Shown here one piece after another: positions 46,070-58,194 of a stretch of DNA of 64,000 nucleotides. The DNA is from Lama guanicoe (taxonomy: Eukaryota), in assembly GCA_013239625.1 (NCBI GenBank), contig MU053934.1:3428399-3492398 (forward strand), read 5' to 3'. The stretch's first letter is position 1; each line of letters opens with the position of its first letter. Made by a program: the position numbers and the translations under genes. The notes below the pieces were generated by a model. That model was not told where the DNA came from, did not search any database, and saw only the letters and a list, made by a program, of their open reading frames with translations.

Positions 46070-49000
46070 ATGGCTTGTGTGAGTATGGGGGCACCACCCC
46101 AAGGCCCAGGGATGGCGTGGGGGCAGACAGCTAGGGGAGAGTGAGGGCAGATCAGGATCTGGGTTCTAGCTCCCGCAGTATGGCCTTGAACAAATGTCTT
46201 TTCTTTTCTGGGCCTCAGTGGCCATATCTGTAAAATGGGGGTGGGCGCCATGGTCCCCCAAGGGCTCCTCTGGCTTGAAAATTTTCTGGATTCCTCCAGG
46301 GTCTGACAACACAGTTATTTCTGCCAAGGCTGACATTCTGCAGCTCTTTGAGAAGTGGGAGTGGGAAGGGTGTGGCTGACGGGGTGGGGGGGAGCATTTC
46401 GTTGGTGCCCAGGCCACTGTCCCTTCCCCCTCTTCCACCCCAAGGAACCTCCAGTCCCCTCCCCCCTGCAGCTGTCTGCAGTCACTGGGCCAGGGCAGAG
46501 TCACCCTCTGCTCCAGAGAGCTCTGAAAAGTCGCCAGGATCCGAGACAGGCTGCCGGGAGGGGGCCTCCCTGGGTTAGCCGGTGGAGGGGTGGTTCTGAA
46601 CAGGCTGGTCAGGTGGAGGCTGGAGGAATTTCCCACCAACTATTCCTCCAGGCTGAGAGTGGGTGTGTATGATAAGTGATCCAGAGGAAGCCAGAATCTT
46701 CTGCAGGCCCAAGGAAAGAGGTTCAAGCTTCTGGCAGAAGGAACCACTCACACCAGTTAAGCTGTGTGCTCGATCTTGTTAACCCTGAGTCAGCCAGGCT
46801 GCTCTCCGGCCCTAGATTGCTCTCCCTTCTTAAACGGGCCTGACTGTTCCTTAGGGGTCTCCTCTCCAGTCCCTGCGCCTCTCTGCACAGAGGAGCTTGA
46901 AGGGGTTGGAGGCGGATGGCCTAGCCCCAGGCTGCTTTCTCTCCAGCAGAGGGGCAGATGACTTACTCACCTCCCTTTGCCAGCAACTCGCAGTATGACC
47001 CTTTCAGAGCCTGGTTCTATCTATTCAATGAGGCGATGGCACCCCACCTCCCAGGCCAATCTGCATCTAAAATCCCCTGGCTGAACCGCAAAAACTTCTA
47101 GATCCTGTCTTCTAGAATCTCAGTCAGGTTACAGACAAGAAACTGACCCGGCTGGGGGTAGGGACTTGTCCAGGACCACACAGAGAAGGAGAGTCTAGAA
47201 CCTGCAGCCGGGTTCCTCAAGCTTCAGGTCGGCCGGGTCTGACCATCCAGGGTGGGGACCCCACCCCATGCCCCCCGGACACTGCGTCCTCTAACCTGGC
47301 TGGGCGGGGTCTTGTTTGCGCAGGGTCTGGTCGCCAGCAACCTGAATCTCAAACCTGGGGAGTGCCTCAGAGTGCGGGGCGAGGTGGCCCCGGACGCCAA
47401 GAGGTGAGGGGGCGACAGCGGTGGGCAGCAGGGGCGGGCGCGGCAGGGGCGGGCGCTCCAGCTCGAGGGTCCCGCCCCGCGCCTGGCAGGGGCGTGGCCG
47501 GCCAGGCCCGGCTCCTCCCTCGGGCGGGGCAGGGTTACTGTCTGCAGCCGCTGAGGCTGCGTCTTAGCGTGAGTCACTTCCTCCGCGGGGTCTGGACGCC
47601 CCCACCATTGATTGTTGCCCCTCTTAAACTAAACCAGCTGCAGCCTCGTCATCTACGTCGGCTGGCTTCCCCCTCCCCCCTTTTGTGGGCGGGACCTGAG
47701 CCTGAGCAGGGCGGGGAGAGGGAACGAAAAAGTGTCATCCCTGCGGCCATCCATCTGAGGTCCCTCTTTCCTGCGTGCTTCACTCTCTAGACCTTTCTCT
47801 CCTTCGATCCTTCCTTAACTCATCATTCATTCGGCCGGCTGGCCTAGGTTTTCCGCAGCCTTGTGACCTTGGACCAGTCAACCAACGGCCTTGAGCCTAG
47901 TTTGTTAATCAGTTAATGGAGGGGAGGTTCTGTGTAAGTGAGATGCTGGATCTCTCAGTGACGCTGGTGGTGTCCAGCTGACATTATAAGGAGCTGCACA
48001 CTTCATGTGTACTACTCATTTCATTCTTCACCAAACCTCAGAGGTAGGCGTTGCTGTCACCTCCACTCAGAAAATGTATTATTATTATCCGCCCCACAGT
48101 TCTTGAGCGCTACTGTGTGACCCATCATGCTGGGCACCAGGGATAGAGAGATAGACAAGACAGACGGGACACTTGCCTTCCCAGAGGTCACCATCTGGAG
48201 GGAGTCTCCAATCTTGACCAAAGGGGTTGGGACACAAATTCATGTCTACAAAAGTCCTGGCTGTCAGCACAGTGAGACCCTTAGAGGTCCTTCCTGTGCA
48301 GCCCCCACTGTGAAGATGAGGAAACAGACCCAGAGTGGGGCAGGAGCTAGCTCAAGGTCACCCAGCAAGGAGGTGGCAGGGCAACAACTAGACTCCAGGT
48401 TTCCTGCCTCTTGGCTCAATAAGTTCGCCCAGCTAGGTGCATTAATCGTGGACTGAGTGGCACAGACTGAGGAAGCTCACCTGTTACCCCCAGCTTCGTG
48501 CTGAACCTGGGCAAAGACAGCAACACCCTGTGCCTGCACTTCAACCCTCGCTTCGACGCGCACGGGGACACCAACACCATCGTGTGTAACAGCAAGGACG
48601 GCGGGGCCTGGGGGGCTGAGCAGCGGGAGTCTGCTTTCCCCTTCCAGCCTGGAAGTGTTGTGGAGGTGGGCTGGGGCCTGGGGGCCGGGGCAGGCGCTGG
48701 GTGGGCTGAGGCAGAGCTGGGTTTATAGCTAGAGACCTAGGTCCCGCCCTGCCCCTCTCCTTTCCCCTCCCCCTTCTCCCTCCCCTCACCTGCTGGGTGA
48801 GCATTAGTGAGCATCCTCCCCTCTCCCAACCCCAGGGCCTCACCCACAAGGTGGAGCTGTTGTCAGGGTTACATGAGTAAAGGGCTCTGGGAGGGCCCGG
48901 GACCTGCAGGCCATGGCCATGGCTACAGAGCCAAGGCTCCCGCTGTAGGGTCCACTCGCTCACTGACCTTCTCCACCCCCAGGTGTGCATCTCCTTTGAC

Positions 49001-49129
49001 CAGGCAGATCTAACCATCAAGCTGCCAGATGGATACGAATTCAAGTTCCCCAACCGCCTTAACCTGGAGGCCATCACCTACCTGGCGGCCGACGGCGACT
49101 TCAAGATCAAATGCTTGGCCTTTGAGTGA
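46070..49129 (+). CDS. LGALS1: Galectin-1, 135 aa, 4 exons
   Basis: Exons 46070-46078, 47324-47403, 48494-48665, 48983-49129 (408 nt). Translation MACGLVASNLNLKPGECLRVRGEVAPDAKSFVLNLGKDSNTLCLHFNPRFDAHGDTNTIVCNSKDGGAWGAEQRE...GDFKIKCLAFE; carbohydrate-binding HFNPR and WGAEQRE are intact. Confidence 0.98.
46625..46634 (-). promoter_or_regulatory. Consensus NF-kB site in LGALS1 intron 1
   Basis: GGAATTTCCC, reverse complement GGGAAATTCC. Confidence 0.55.
47404..47720. promoter_or_regulatory. GC-rich element in LGALS1 intron 2 with AP-1/ETS composite site
   Basis: CpG-rich with several GC boxes; TGAGTCA (47570-47576) runs directly into CTTCCT. Confidence 0.6.
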
Positions 49130-49151
49130 AGCCAACTGGCCCATGGCCCCC

Positions 49152-49157
49152 AATAAA
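49152..49157 (+). terminator. LGALS1 polyadenylation signal
   Basis: AATAAA 22 nt after the stop, downstream (GT)n tract. Confidence 0.9.
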
Positions 49158-51029
49158 GGCAGCTGCCTCTGCTCCCACTGAACCAGCCTACTGTGTGTGT
49201 GTGGGTGTGGAAGGGGAGGTTCTGCCCACTCCCCCAGGCTCTGCCCCTTTCTTCACTTCCATTCACTTTCTCCATGCATGTCTCTTAAGTACCAGTGACA
49301 TCTCCCCCTGAGCCCCCGAACAGAGAGCTCAGTACACAGCAGGGAGCTCAGTGACTACTAAGGCCCAGTCACTGCCCTCCAACAGCTCCCAGCTCAGTGG
49401 GACCCAGCACCCAGTAGGTGTTCAAAAGATGTTGAATAAGTGAAACCGGGGGAAAGAGGCAAGAACAGACTGATTCATGCCCTGATATCGGGGCAGCACA
49501 GAGGGAGGTGGAGGGAAGACTGCCTGGGGCTCCTCTCATTTGTATTCATGAACTAGAAGGAGATCTGCTTCCTTGTGGGGCTATCAGCTGTGTGTCCTTG
49601 TTTGCCTTAATTGACCTCTCTGAGCCTCAGTTTATTCATTTATATGAGGGGGATGATAGCACGCAGCCTATCATGGGGGTGTTGCAAGGATGAAATGAGG
49701 TATGTGAAGGAGGAACAGGGTAGTGCCTGGCACACAGTAAACTCTGTGATAGTGGTTTCCTGTCCCTGCTGCACCACCTCTTGAGATGTTATTACCTGAT
49801 TGTGAAGGGGAGGAAGCAGGCTCTGAGTGATGACTTGACTCCCTAATCTCTACCAGGCCCCGAGCTGAGTCATGTAGGGCTCCTCACGCATCCTAGCTTT
49901 GTGGCCCCAGGCCACATACCTCACTGCTGGGGTGTAAGGGCAGCCAGAGTGCTGGTTCTGTGACCTTCAACCCAACACTGGGAAGATGGGCTTGGAAGAT
50001 GCCCGTGGCACCATCTGCAGGCCTGTTTCTGTAAAGGAGGCATTGGGATGTGGGAGGATACACCGGCTCCCTAGAAGCAGAGAACCTAGAAGTAGAGGCA
50101 GGTGGGCTGACTTGAAGCCCCGCCTGCAGGCTCCCAGAGGCTCCACACTGCATACTGCCTCTTCCCTACAGAGCAGAGGAGTGTGGGAGACTCACTCAGC
50201 CTGAGATGAGGCTTCCAGGAGCCTCTCCTCTCCTGGCTTCCAGAGGACACGTTTTCCAAGACCAGCCAGGCTCTGTTACCTTGGAGGACAATGCTTAACC
50301 AGCCCCATCACTCACTTACATGATGGGACCTGAGCTGGGGGCCGGGCAAACCCCACATACCCACTATTTCCCTGCACCGTTTCCTTCCAGCTCCCTGCTG
50401 TAGGGTCCCTACCTCCCTGGGAAATAGCCCCTGGGAACTGAGCCAATGTCCCAAGAAGGCTCAGAATCAGAAAGTCAGTGGGTGCCCCCCAACCCCCGGG
50501 GCACTGTCTCCTGAGGTCTGTGTGGAGTGGGAGCTTGGTAAATCTCACTCTCCAGGACAGCCTGCACCAGCTGTGGAAACCTGGGTAGGTCTCTTCCACC
50601 CTTAGTTTCCTAATCTATAAAATGGGGATCATATTTTCACCTGGGCCCTCTTGGGTGGCTGAGTCCCATCTCGGTGGGTCTGCTGGGGCGGGTGGGGGGT
50701 GGGATCCTTATAAGAGGGCCAAGGAGGATGGAACACACATGCTGAGAGCCGCCATGAGCCACACCCAATCTCCAGACTCTCCTGGGACACCCAAGTGGCC
50801 ACCCAAAGAGAAACAGCTCTGAAAGTCTGACTGTGCTGGGGCGCCCTCTGCTGGGCATTGGGGAAAAAGTCCCCCTGACTGCTTTTCTCTGGTCCTCGTG
50901 GTACACCCAACCTATTCTCCCTACACTGGCTGAACACTTATGATACACCAGGACTGGGACTACCTCCAGGCAGAGTAAAGCCCTGGGGCATATAAGGAGA
51001 GAGATTAATGGCTGTGGAGGAAAGAAATT

Positions 51030-51230
51030 AGGCATGGAGTCAGACCTGTGTTCAAACCTCAGCTCCATCACTGTGTGCCCTAGGACCAGTTACTCAACCT
51101 CTCTGAACCTGTCTCCTCATCTATCAAATTGCATTGATACTAGTATCCACCCTGTGGGGTTGTTGCAAGGATTAGCTGAGATATGTGGAGAACTGCATGG
51201 TGCCTGGCACATAGTAGGGGCTCCATAAAT
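51030..51230 (+). mobile_element. MIR SINE
   Basis: GGAGTCAGACCTGTGTTCAAACCTCAGCTCC...CTCAACCTCTCTGAACCTG...GTGCCTGGCACATAGTAGG. Confidence 0.75.
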
Positions 51231-51929
51231 GCTGGTTCCCATTGCCTCTTTTAAGACTCAGTGTGTCCCAAGAGCCTATGAAACTGTGTCCAGAGAAACT
51301 AAGTAGAGCTCTGTCCTTAGAATACCTGGGCTTCATCCTCAGCACTTGCTCTTCTTGCCTGTGTGACCTCGGGGAAGTGACCACACCTCTCTGAGCCTTA
51401 CACCTAACCTCGAAAGAGATAATTACGTGAAGAAGTTATGTAAATGGCAGCTGCTATTATTCTTCTGGCTCATCATCTTCATCCTCACTTCTAGTAAGAG
51501 AATGTGCCATCTCTTGCTGTGCCTGGCACACAGGTGGTGCTCAATCAATGTAAAAATGTCAAGAAGAAACCGACCCAAAAAGGGAGGTGGGTGTTTTAGA
51601 CTGTGAGATGCAGTAAAGGGCTCTCGAGCATTTAGAATCTGGGTGGGATGCCAGTCCCTCATCTCCTTTCCTGGGGTCAGGGGACCTGGAACACCCACAG
51701 GAGAGTTTGGAGCAACAGTGTCTGTCCCCTGCCTGGGGTGGCAGACTTCACTCTGCCCTGGGAGCTTATGCAGATGTGCCCTCCCTGAAACCCCACGTGG
51801 GCTGGCAGCTAGGGCTGGGTGGGCTGCAAGGGCTCACACAGGAGGGCAGTTGCGGATGATGCTGCAAGCGACTTAAAAATGGGGTGACTTTGCTTAAGTC
51901 ATTTCCTCTCTCTGAGCCTCCACCGAAGG

Positions 51930-52149
51930 TGGCTTGCTGGGCATCTTCGGCGGGGGGGGGGGAGCATAACTGCAGCGAGGGCAATGCTTCTACCCAGAGG
52001 AAGGGTGCCAAGGGTGGCATTGGGCATAGCCACTGGGGGATGGCTTGCTGGGCATCTTCGGCGGGGGGGGGGAGCATAACTGCAGCGAGGGCAATGCTTC
52101 TACCCAGAGGAAGGGTGCCAAGGGTGGCATTGGGCATAGCCACTGGGGG
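51930..52149. repeat. Near-perfect ~110-bp tandem duplication
   Basis: 51930-52039 and 52041-52149 are identical except for a G11 versus G10 run. Confidence 0.95.
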
Positions 52150-52639
52150 GGGTGGAGGGTCAGAAGAGTGGTTGTTCATCACCCTGAAGCCCCACCATTA
52201 AAGTAGTCTCCTGCTGTGCCCTGGATATGAGGATAACTGCCTTTCAATGCCCAAAAGGGAATCTCCCAAGCAGAGGACCTGTATGGAATGGGTTCAACAC
52301 TCATGGAGAGATGCACCTACTGTATGCCTGGCTCCTTTCAAAATTCATGGTCAAAAGTCTGCATCTTACCGTCCAGAGGGACTGTGCTAGCTACTTGACT
52401 GCAGCATAAATAGAGAATGAGGGATTCAGGCATACAATCCCAGCTACTAAGATTCCCCTTCAGGTGTTTTACTTCCTGCCTTCACATTCATGCCCTCATT
52501 TTCGGTAGAAGAGTGTGTTACTACATCCCAAATCCATACTTGGGGAAACTAAGGCACAGAGAAGGGAGGAGCCTTGTGTAGCAAACATGTGTGGCATGTA
52601 TCATGTTATACACACACTACATAAATCACTTATTCCTCG

Positions 52640-52826
52640 CAGGGTTCTCAAAGCTTGATCCGTGGACCAGCAATATTAGCATCACCTGAGAACTTGTTAG
52701 AAATGCAAATTCTGGGGCTCACTCTAGACCTCCTGAATCAGAAACTCTAGGGTTGGAGCCAAGCGATCTGGGTTTCAGCAAACCCTCCAGGGAATTTAGA
52801 TGCAAACCAAAGTTGGAAAACCATCG
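52640..52826. mobile_element. MER5A hAT-Charlie element, about full length
   Basis: CAGGGTTCTCAAAG...AGCATCACCTGAGAACTTGTTAGAAATGCAAATTCT...TGAATCAGAAACTCT...AAAGTTGGAAAACCA. Confidence 0.85.
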
Positions 52827-53149
52827 TCTTACAAATGCCCTACAAAGTCACTATGATTATCCCTATTTTACAAATAGAGTGATTGAGGCACGGCGAAGGC
52901 AATTGGTCCAGGACTTCACAGGTGTAACTGGGGTACCAGGATTCCAATCTAGGTAGTTTGGTTCCAGAAACGTCCTCTTGGAGATCACTTCCTAGGTGAC
53001 ATCCGAATCAAAAGTAGGATCAGCAGTCTTTAGCCATTCATTAATAACTCTGTATTGAGCGCCTACTGTGTGCAAGGAACTGTGCTAGGCGCTAGGACCT
53101 CGGGGCCTCGTTCTCCTCGTTGATAGTCTAAGAGAGGGAGTGGGGCTGG

Positions 53150-53352
53150 GTAGTCGCCGAAGGGGCAAGGATCTTATCAGTTACGCACAGAAGGGAGAAG
53201 TCGGGGAGACAAGCTGGGCGGCCCCTTTCAAAGGCGGGTCCTGACGAGCGGAACTACGGAGCATCGCTGAGGGGCACGTCCGGAAGACCGAAAGCGCTAC
53301 ACCCGGAAGTGTCTTGGACGAGCGGGAGCCGCGCCGCTGAGGCCTCAGCGCT
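53150..53352 (+). promoter_or_regulatory. NOL12 CpG-island promoter with ETS sites
   Basis: CCGGAAG near 53280 and CCGGAAGT at 53303-53310; CpG-rich and TATA-less. Confidence 0.8.
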
Positions 53353-56300
53353 ATGGGCCGCAACAAGAAGAAAAAGCGAGATGGCGATAACCGGCGGCCG
53401 CGGCTTGTTCTCAGCTTCGACGAGGAAAAGCGGCGGTAAGTGCCAAGGCTAGAGCGGATCCCCTTCGGACAAACGGGCAAGAACAAGGCCAGGTCCGCCG
53501 GCACACGCTCATGCGGAGAGCCCTTCCGGTCCCGCCCTCTCCGTTGGCCCGGAGCTCCCCGCGGAAGGAAACGGCCGCTGTGGTCCTCCAGCCTTGAGGA
53601 ATGGAATCGCCGGCCCCGCCCTCGCTTCTCTTATCCAAAGCCCGCCCAGCGCTCCTCTGTGACGGTGGGAGAGTAGGGATCTCCCGTCTCCGACTTGTGG
53701 CTTCCACCTCCTCAGCCCAGCCGCCCTGCACGCGGTAGACTCTCAGCTGTTTTTGATGAATGATGAGTGAATGAAATGAGTGGCTTAAATTTATTGACTC
53801 GCCAGACGTTTATTAAGCTCCTCTGGTCCCCTGAGTTGGACCCCTAAGCTTCAGCACCTGATCCATCAAATGTCCCCAACTCAGAGTGCCATCTGGGCAT
53901 ATGGTAGTGAAAGAGAACAGGACCCTGAGTGCCCCCCCCTTGTTTATAGAAAAGCTGAAATTTCATAGGCCTCCCTGAGTCATAGAAGAGCAGACTCAAG
54001 CAGTTGATTAGGATAAGCCTGCAGGCATTGGGAGATGGCAATGACTCTGACCACCTATTTCAGTGATTAACTGAGATTATTCCTTCATTTCCCTTTAAAA
54101 CTTTGGTGGCTGAACAGAATCTTCGGAAATTGGTTTTGGGGGCAGATGCTGAGTCAACCAGATTGTAGACATTCTGGTTAAAAGCAAATTTCTTTTTTGT
54201 TACCAAGGCTTTTGCTCCTAGGATCATACCCCTGCCTCTCCCTCAAATAGAAACTCGTTACTCTTATCTAAGTATCAGGAGGCAGCTGCTGAGAAGAAAC
54301 AAGAATTGGTTAGAACCCAGTCCAAGATGATGGCGGATTTGACTTTCCGTGGACCTTAAGCCTCATTATACACTCACTGTAATGTATTAGCATGCTAAGT
54401 GACACACCCACCAGCGCTATGACAGTTGACAGTTGCCTTGACAACAACCAGAGAAGTCCATACAAGGACTGAAAATCTCAGACAAGGACTGATTGTCTCC
54501 ATCACACCCTGAATGAGGACGTGATGGTGGAAGCCTCTTGTAAAAGTCCACGTGGCCTGACCCAGGCCAGAGCTGTCCCTACTGCCCATCTTGGCTGTCA
54601 GTTCCCCACTTGAGCACCTCTTCCTCACTCGAATACTTTCCTTCCTTTTCCCCTTCTGAGCAGTGAAGCAGCTGTTCACTTTGTGCCTCTGCTGTTCGAA
54701 TTCTTTCACAGTCAGCGGCAAGAACCCACAGTTTTGTGGGCCTCCTAATTTAGGGGTCCTTCCATCCGCTAACAGTAGTGAGTCAGTGAAACTGCCAGCA
54801 TTGGACCCCGGAACAGGTGGGAATAGTGCAGCCAGAGCTAGAGAGATGAGAAGGGGCTGAGATCAGATGGGGGAGGGAGGGAAATGCTGAGGTGTCATCA
54901 GGAAACTCAGGGTGGTGTCAGCAAGACCTACAAATGGGTCTGGGGGCAGGGTCCCGGGGAAATGGGGTGTTGGTCCAGTGGAGAGTTCGTGGAGGTCTGA
55001 GTGAGGGTGGTTTTGAAAGCCCCACTGGAAGTGGCTTAATTCACTGAGTGATAGAGTTTGCCAGCAAAGGGGGCCCTCACCTGTTCTAGATTCCAAGGCA
55101 GCCTGTGCCCTGTTGCTGGCATCTGAGCCCTTGAGAGTAATGAGTGGAGAGAGGCAGAATCTGCCTCTTTTTCCCTAACCTTACACTCTGTGTGACCTTG
55201 GACAGGTAACCTTGCCTCTCAGTGTTCCTCATCTGTAAAATGGGGAGTGGTACATACTGCACAGGCTGCTGTGAGGATTACATGAGTTAACACATGTACA
55301 GTTTTGGAATGCTGCCTGGCACATAGTACAGTATTAGCTGGGTTTTTTTTTTTTTTCGTTTTTTGCCTTTTCTGGAGTGAGCCCTTCTTTCCTTGTATCT
55401 CCTGACTTTCTCTCTCTTGCCTCTGTCCTGTAGGGAGTACCTGACAGGCTTCCACAAGCGGAAGGTGGAGCGGAAGAAGGCAGCCATTGAGGAGATCAAG
55501 CAGCGGCTCAAGGAGGAGCAGAAGAAACTCCGGGAGGAGGTGCAGAGGGGGAGGGCGGGAGAGTGTCTCTGACCTGACTCCCGGGGGCCTTGCCACCTCA
55601 ACAGCCTTAACTGAGGGATGAGAGGGAGTGTGGGCAGGCCTGGGAAGCAGTTTTGTACAGAGAGAGACATCAAGGGCCCAGGTCTGGGGAAGGTTTAGGG
55701 TGGAACCTCCTGGTCTTTCACTTCAAGCCCTAGTCACACTCATCCTGGATGTGACCAACGCCTCTGCCTGAGGTTGGGCTGAGAGGCCATACTCACTGTG
55801 TTCCCTTCCCTTTTGGTTTCAGCGCCACCAGGAATATTTGAAGATGCTGGCCGAGAGAGAGGAGGCTCTGGGTGAGTCCCATCCTTGGTCTGACCTAGAG
55901 AATAAACAATAGTCTGGGTTTATTTATCCCTGGAGGCAGGGAGGGGAGGGGTGTGAGGGCCACACAGACTTCTCTCTACCTTTAGGGGTCTTGGTGGTGA
56001 CTTGGGGCTAGGAGTGGTCCTTAGATACCTCTAAATGACAGTAGATCAGAGACCAGGAGTGGACCCAAACCTCTTGGTAAACAGATCCTTAGGAGAAAGC
56101 CCAGTTTCTGAGGCCTGGAGGGACTAGAGGTAGAGGGCAGGGAGAGGCAGCAGCTCTGAGTGCCACACCGGGTTTGTCCTAGGGGGGAACCAGGTGGTCT
56201 GAGGTCTCCCTGGAGCATGAAGGGCAGAGGTGGGTCATTTACAGCATTTGTCTGCAGGCCAGGCTCTGGAGCTGGTGACTTCCTGGATACCCTCCTGTAG

Positions 56301-58194
56301 AGTAGAGGGGGCCATTGCACTCCAGGGTAGGGGGCGTAGGGGTAGAGGGGCTGGCTGGAGCCTGCTGACTCGTGCCCTGGGGCTGAGGTCTGGTTCTGTG
56401 ACCCCGTGCGCAGAGGAGGCAGATGAACTGGACCGGCTGGTGACAGCAAAGACAGAGTCAGTGCAATATGACCATCCCAACCACACCGTCACCGTGACCA
56501 CCATCAGCAACCTGGACCTCTCCGGGGCCCGGCTGCTCGGACTGCCCCCGCCTGAGGTGGGTCTCCCTCCCAGCCCGGGGGGAAGATGGGCACAGGGGCA
56601 ACTTGGCTTATTAGAGGTGGGGGTGTCCCTGAGTGCTGATCTGTGTCATGGGGATTGCAGCGCAAAGGGCTTCTTTCTTCCTGGGCCCCCACCAGGGGCT
56701 GGATTAAAGCCCCAAGCCCTGGGGCTTCAGAGGCCAGCTCCACTGCCGAGTGGCTGTGGGAGCATAGACAGTTTTCTCTGTCTTGCCTGCTTCCCTTCAC
56801 CCATAACTTGGGGGTCACTGACGATAGCCACTGCCTCGTGGGATTGCCACGAGGATAAAAGTGGTCAGTCCACCAGCAGCACGCAAGAGAGCAGTTTGCT
56901 GTGAGCGTTCCCATTGCATCACACGTCTCTGTGCACTGACCTGTGGGGTGTGAGTCATTAGCAAGTTCCAACCAGCATTTGAAAAAAAAAAAGGAACAGA
57001 ATATCACTGAAAATCAGGAAGCATCATAGTAAGCATTGTCTTATGAAGTTGAGCTCGTGTCTGGGTCGTGTAGGAATTTATGTGTGTGTTATGTGTGCAG
57101 TTATCAGGTCAACCGCATTGCCTCGCATGGGTTACAGTGCCCTTAAGTCCTAGAGCCGCTGCTTCATCACATCCTTTCTGACCTCACACTCGCCTTGTGT
57201 TTGGTGCTCATTCTTCTGTCAGGTCTGGTGCAGACAAGCCTCGTCCCTATTTTAGAGTTTTTTTGTGAGTGAGTGTCCGCTGTAAGTTGCGATGGTGGAA
57301 GACTTGGGACCCCAGCTCTCTCCGTGGAATCCCTGCTTCGGGGCACAGAGGGCCTTTCTGCCCAGGCCTTCTCTGAGCCCCGATCAGGTGTGGGAGGCGG
57401 CAGGTCACGCCCCACTTGACAGAGCGCTGACTGCTCAGAGGCCTGGCCTCTCTGTCTACCGCTCCCTGTGACCGTCCTCGTCCTGTGCTTCTTTAGCAAG
57501 GGGCCGGGCGAGGGTCCGAGGAGGAGGCATCATCCTTGGAGAAGCCGACAAGAGCCTTGCCCAGGAAGTCCAGAGACCCCCTGCTGTCCCAGCGGTGAGC
57601 CCTGGCCTCCTCCCCGTGAGCCCACTCCTCCTGGCTGGCGTTGGTGACTCAGCCTGCGGAGTCCCCTTCCACTGGCCCATGGTGGGTGGCACGGGGCATG
57701 AGTGGGGCCCTCAGCAGCCCTCTACTTTGTTTGTCAAGTGGTCCTTAGCGCCCTTGCTGCCTCCCACCTCCTCCCCGAGAACATCCAACCCTGGGTACCC
57801 TTAGTGCCTGGAGTAAGGGCCTTTCTTGCTGTGAGCTGAAGAGCTGGCAGGCCCTCTGGGGAGAGCAGGCTGCCTTCAGAATGGATTTGGTCTTCCCAGC
57901 TTTCGGGGCCTGTCCTGATTTCCCCTCCATGAGCCGGGCCGTCAGTCACCCCACTACCCAACCTTCCACCCATTGTTCCCCAGAGTAAACTGAGGCCCTA
58001 GCCTCATCAGCCTTCCACCCTCTCACAGGATCTCCTCTCTCACGGCCTCGCTGCATGCACACAGTCGCAAAAAGGTCAAGAGGAAGCATCCCCGCCTGGC
58101 CCAGGACTCCACCAAGAAGCCCCCGAGCGCGACTCGTACCAGCAAGACTCAGCGCCGCCGGCTGACAGGCAAAGCCCGGCACAGTGGGGAGTGA
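53353..58194 (+). CDS. NOL12: Nucleolar protein 12 (Nop25/Rrp17 family), 214 aa, 6 exons
   Basis: Exons 53353-53435, 55434-55539, 55823-55871, 56414-56556, 57497-57594, 58029-58194 (645 nt). Translation [43 protein letters not shown]...[14 protein letters not shown]...[13 protein letters not shown]. Confidence 0.96.
53908..54480 (+). mobile_element. Two abutting ERV1-type LTR fragments in NOL12 intron 1 (second is MER41-like)
   Basis: First (~53908-54198): TGAAAGAGAACAGGACCC...CCCTTTAAAACTTT...AGAATCTTCGGA. Second (~54199-54480): CCAAGATGATGGCGG and CATGCTAAGTGACACACCCACCAGCGCTATGACAGTT. Confidence 0.6.
55150..55340 (+). mobile_element. MIR SINE
   Basis: TGTGTGACCTTGGACAGG...TTCCTCATCTGTAAAATGGGG...GTGAGGATTACATGAG...GCCTGGCACATAGTA. 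Confidence 0.8.

Noticed and set aside
56230..56904. 224-aa ORF
   Set aside because: NOL12 exon 4 plus flanking intron; splice sites delimit the real coding part.
57497..57500. Alternative AAG acceptor for NOL12 exon 5
   Set aside because: It lies 4 nt downstream and would frameshift; the TAG acceptor keeps the frame.
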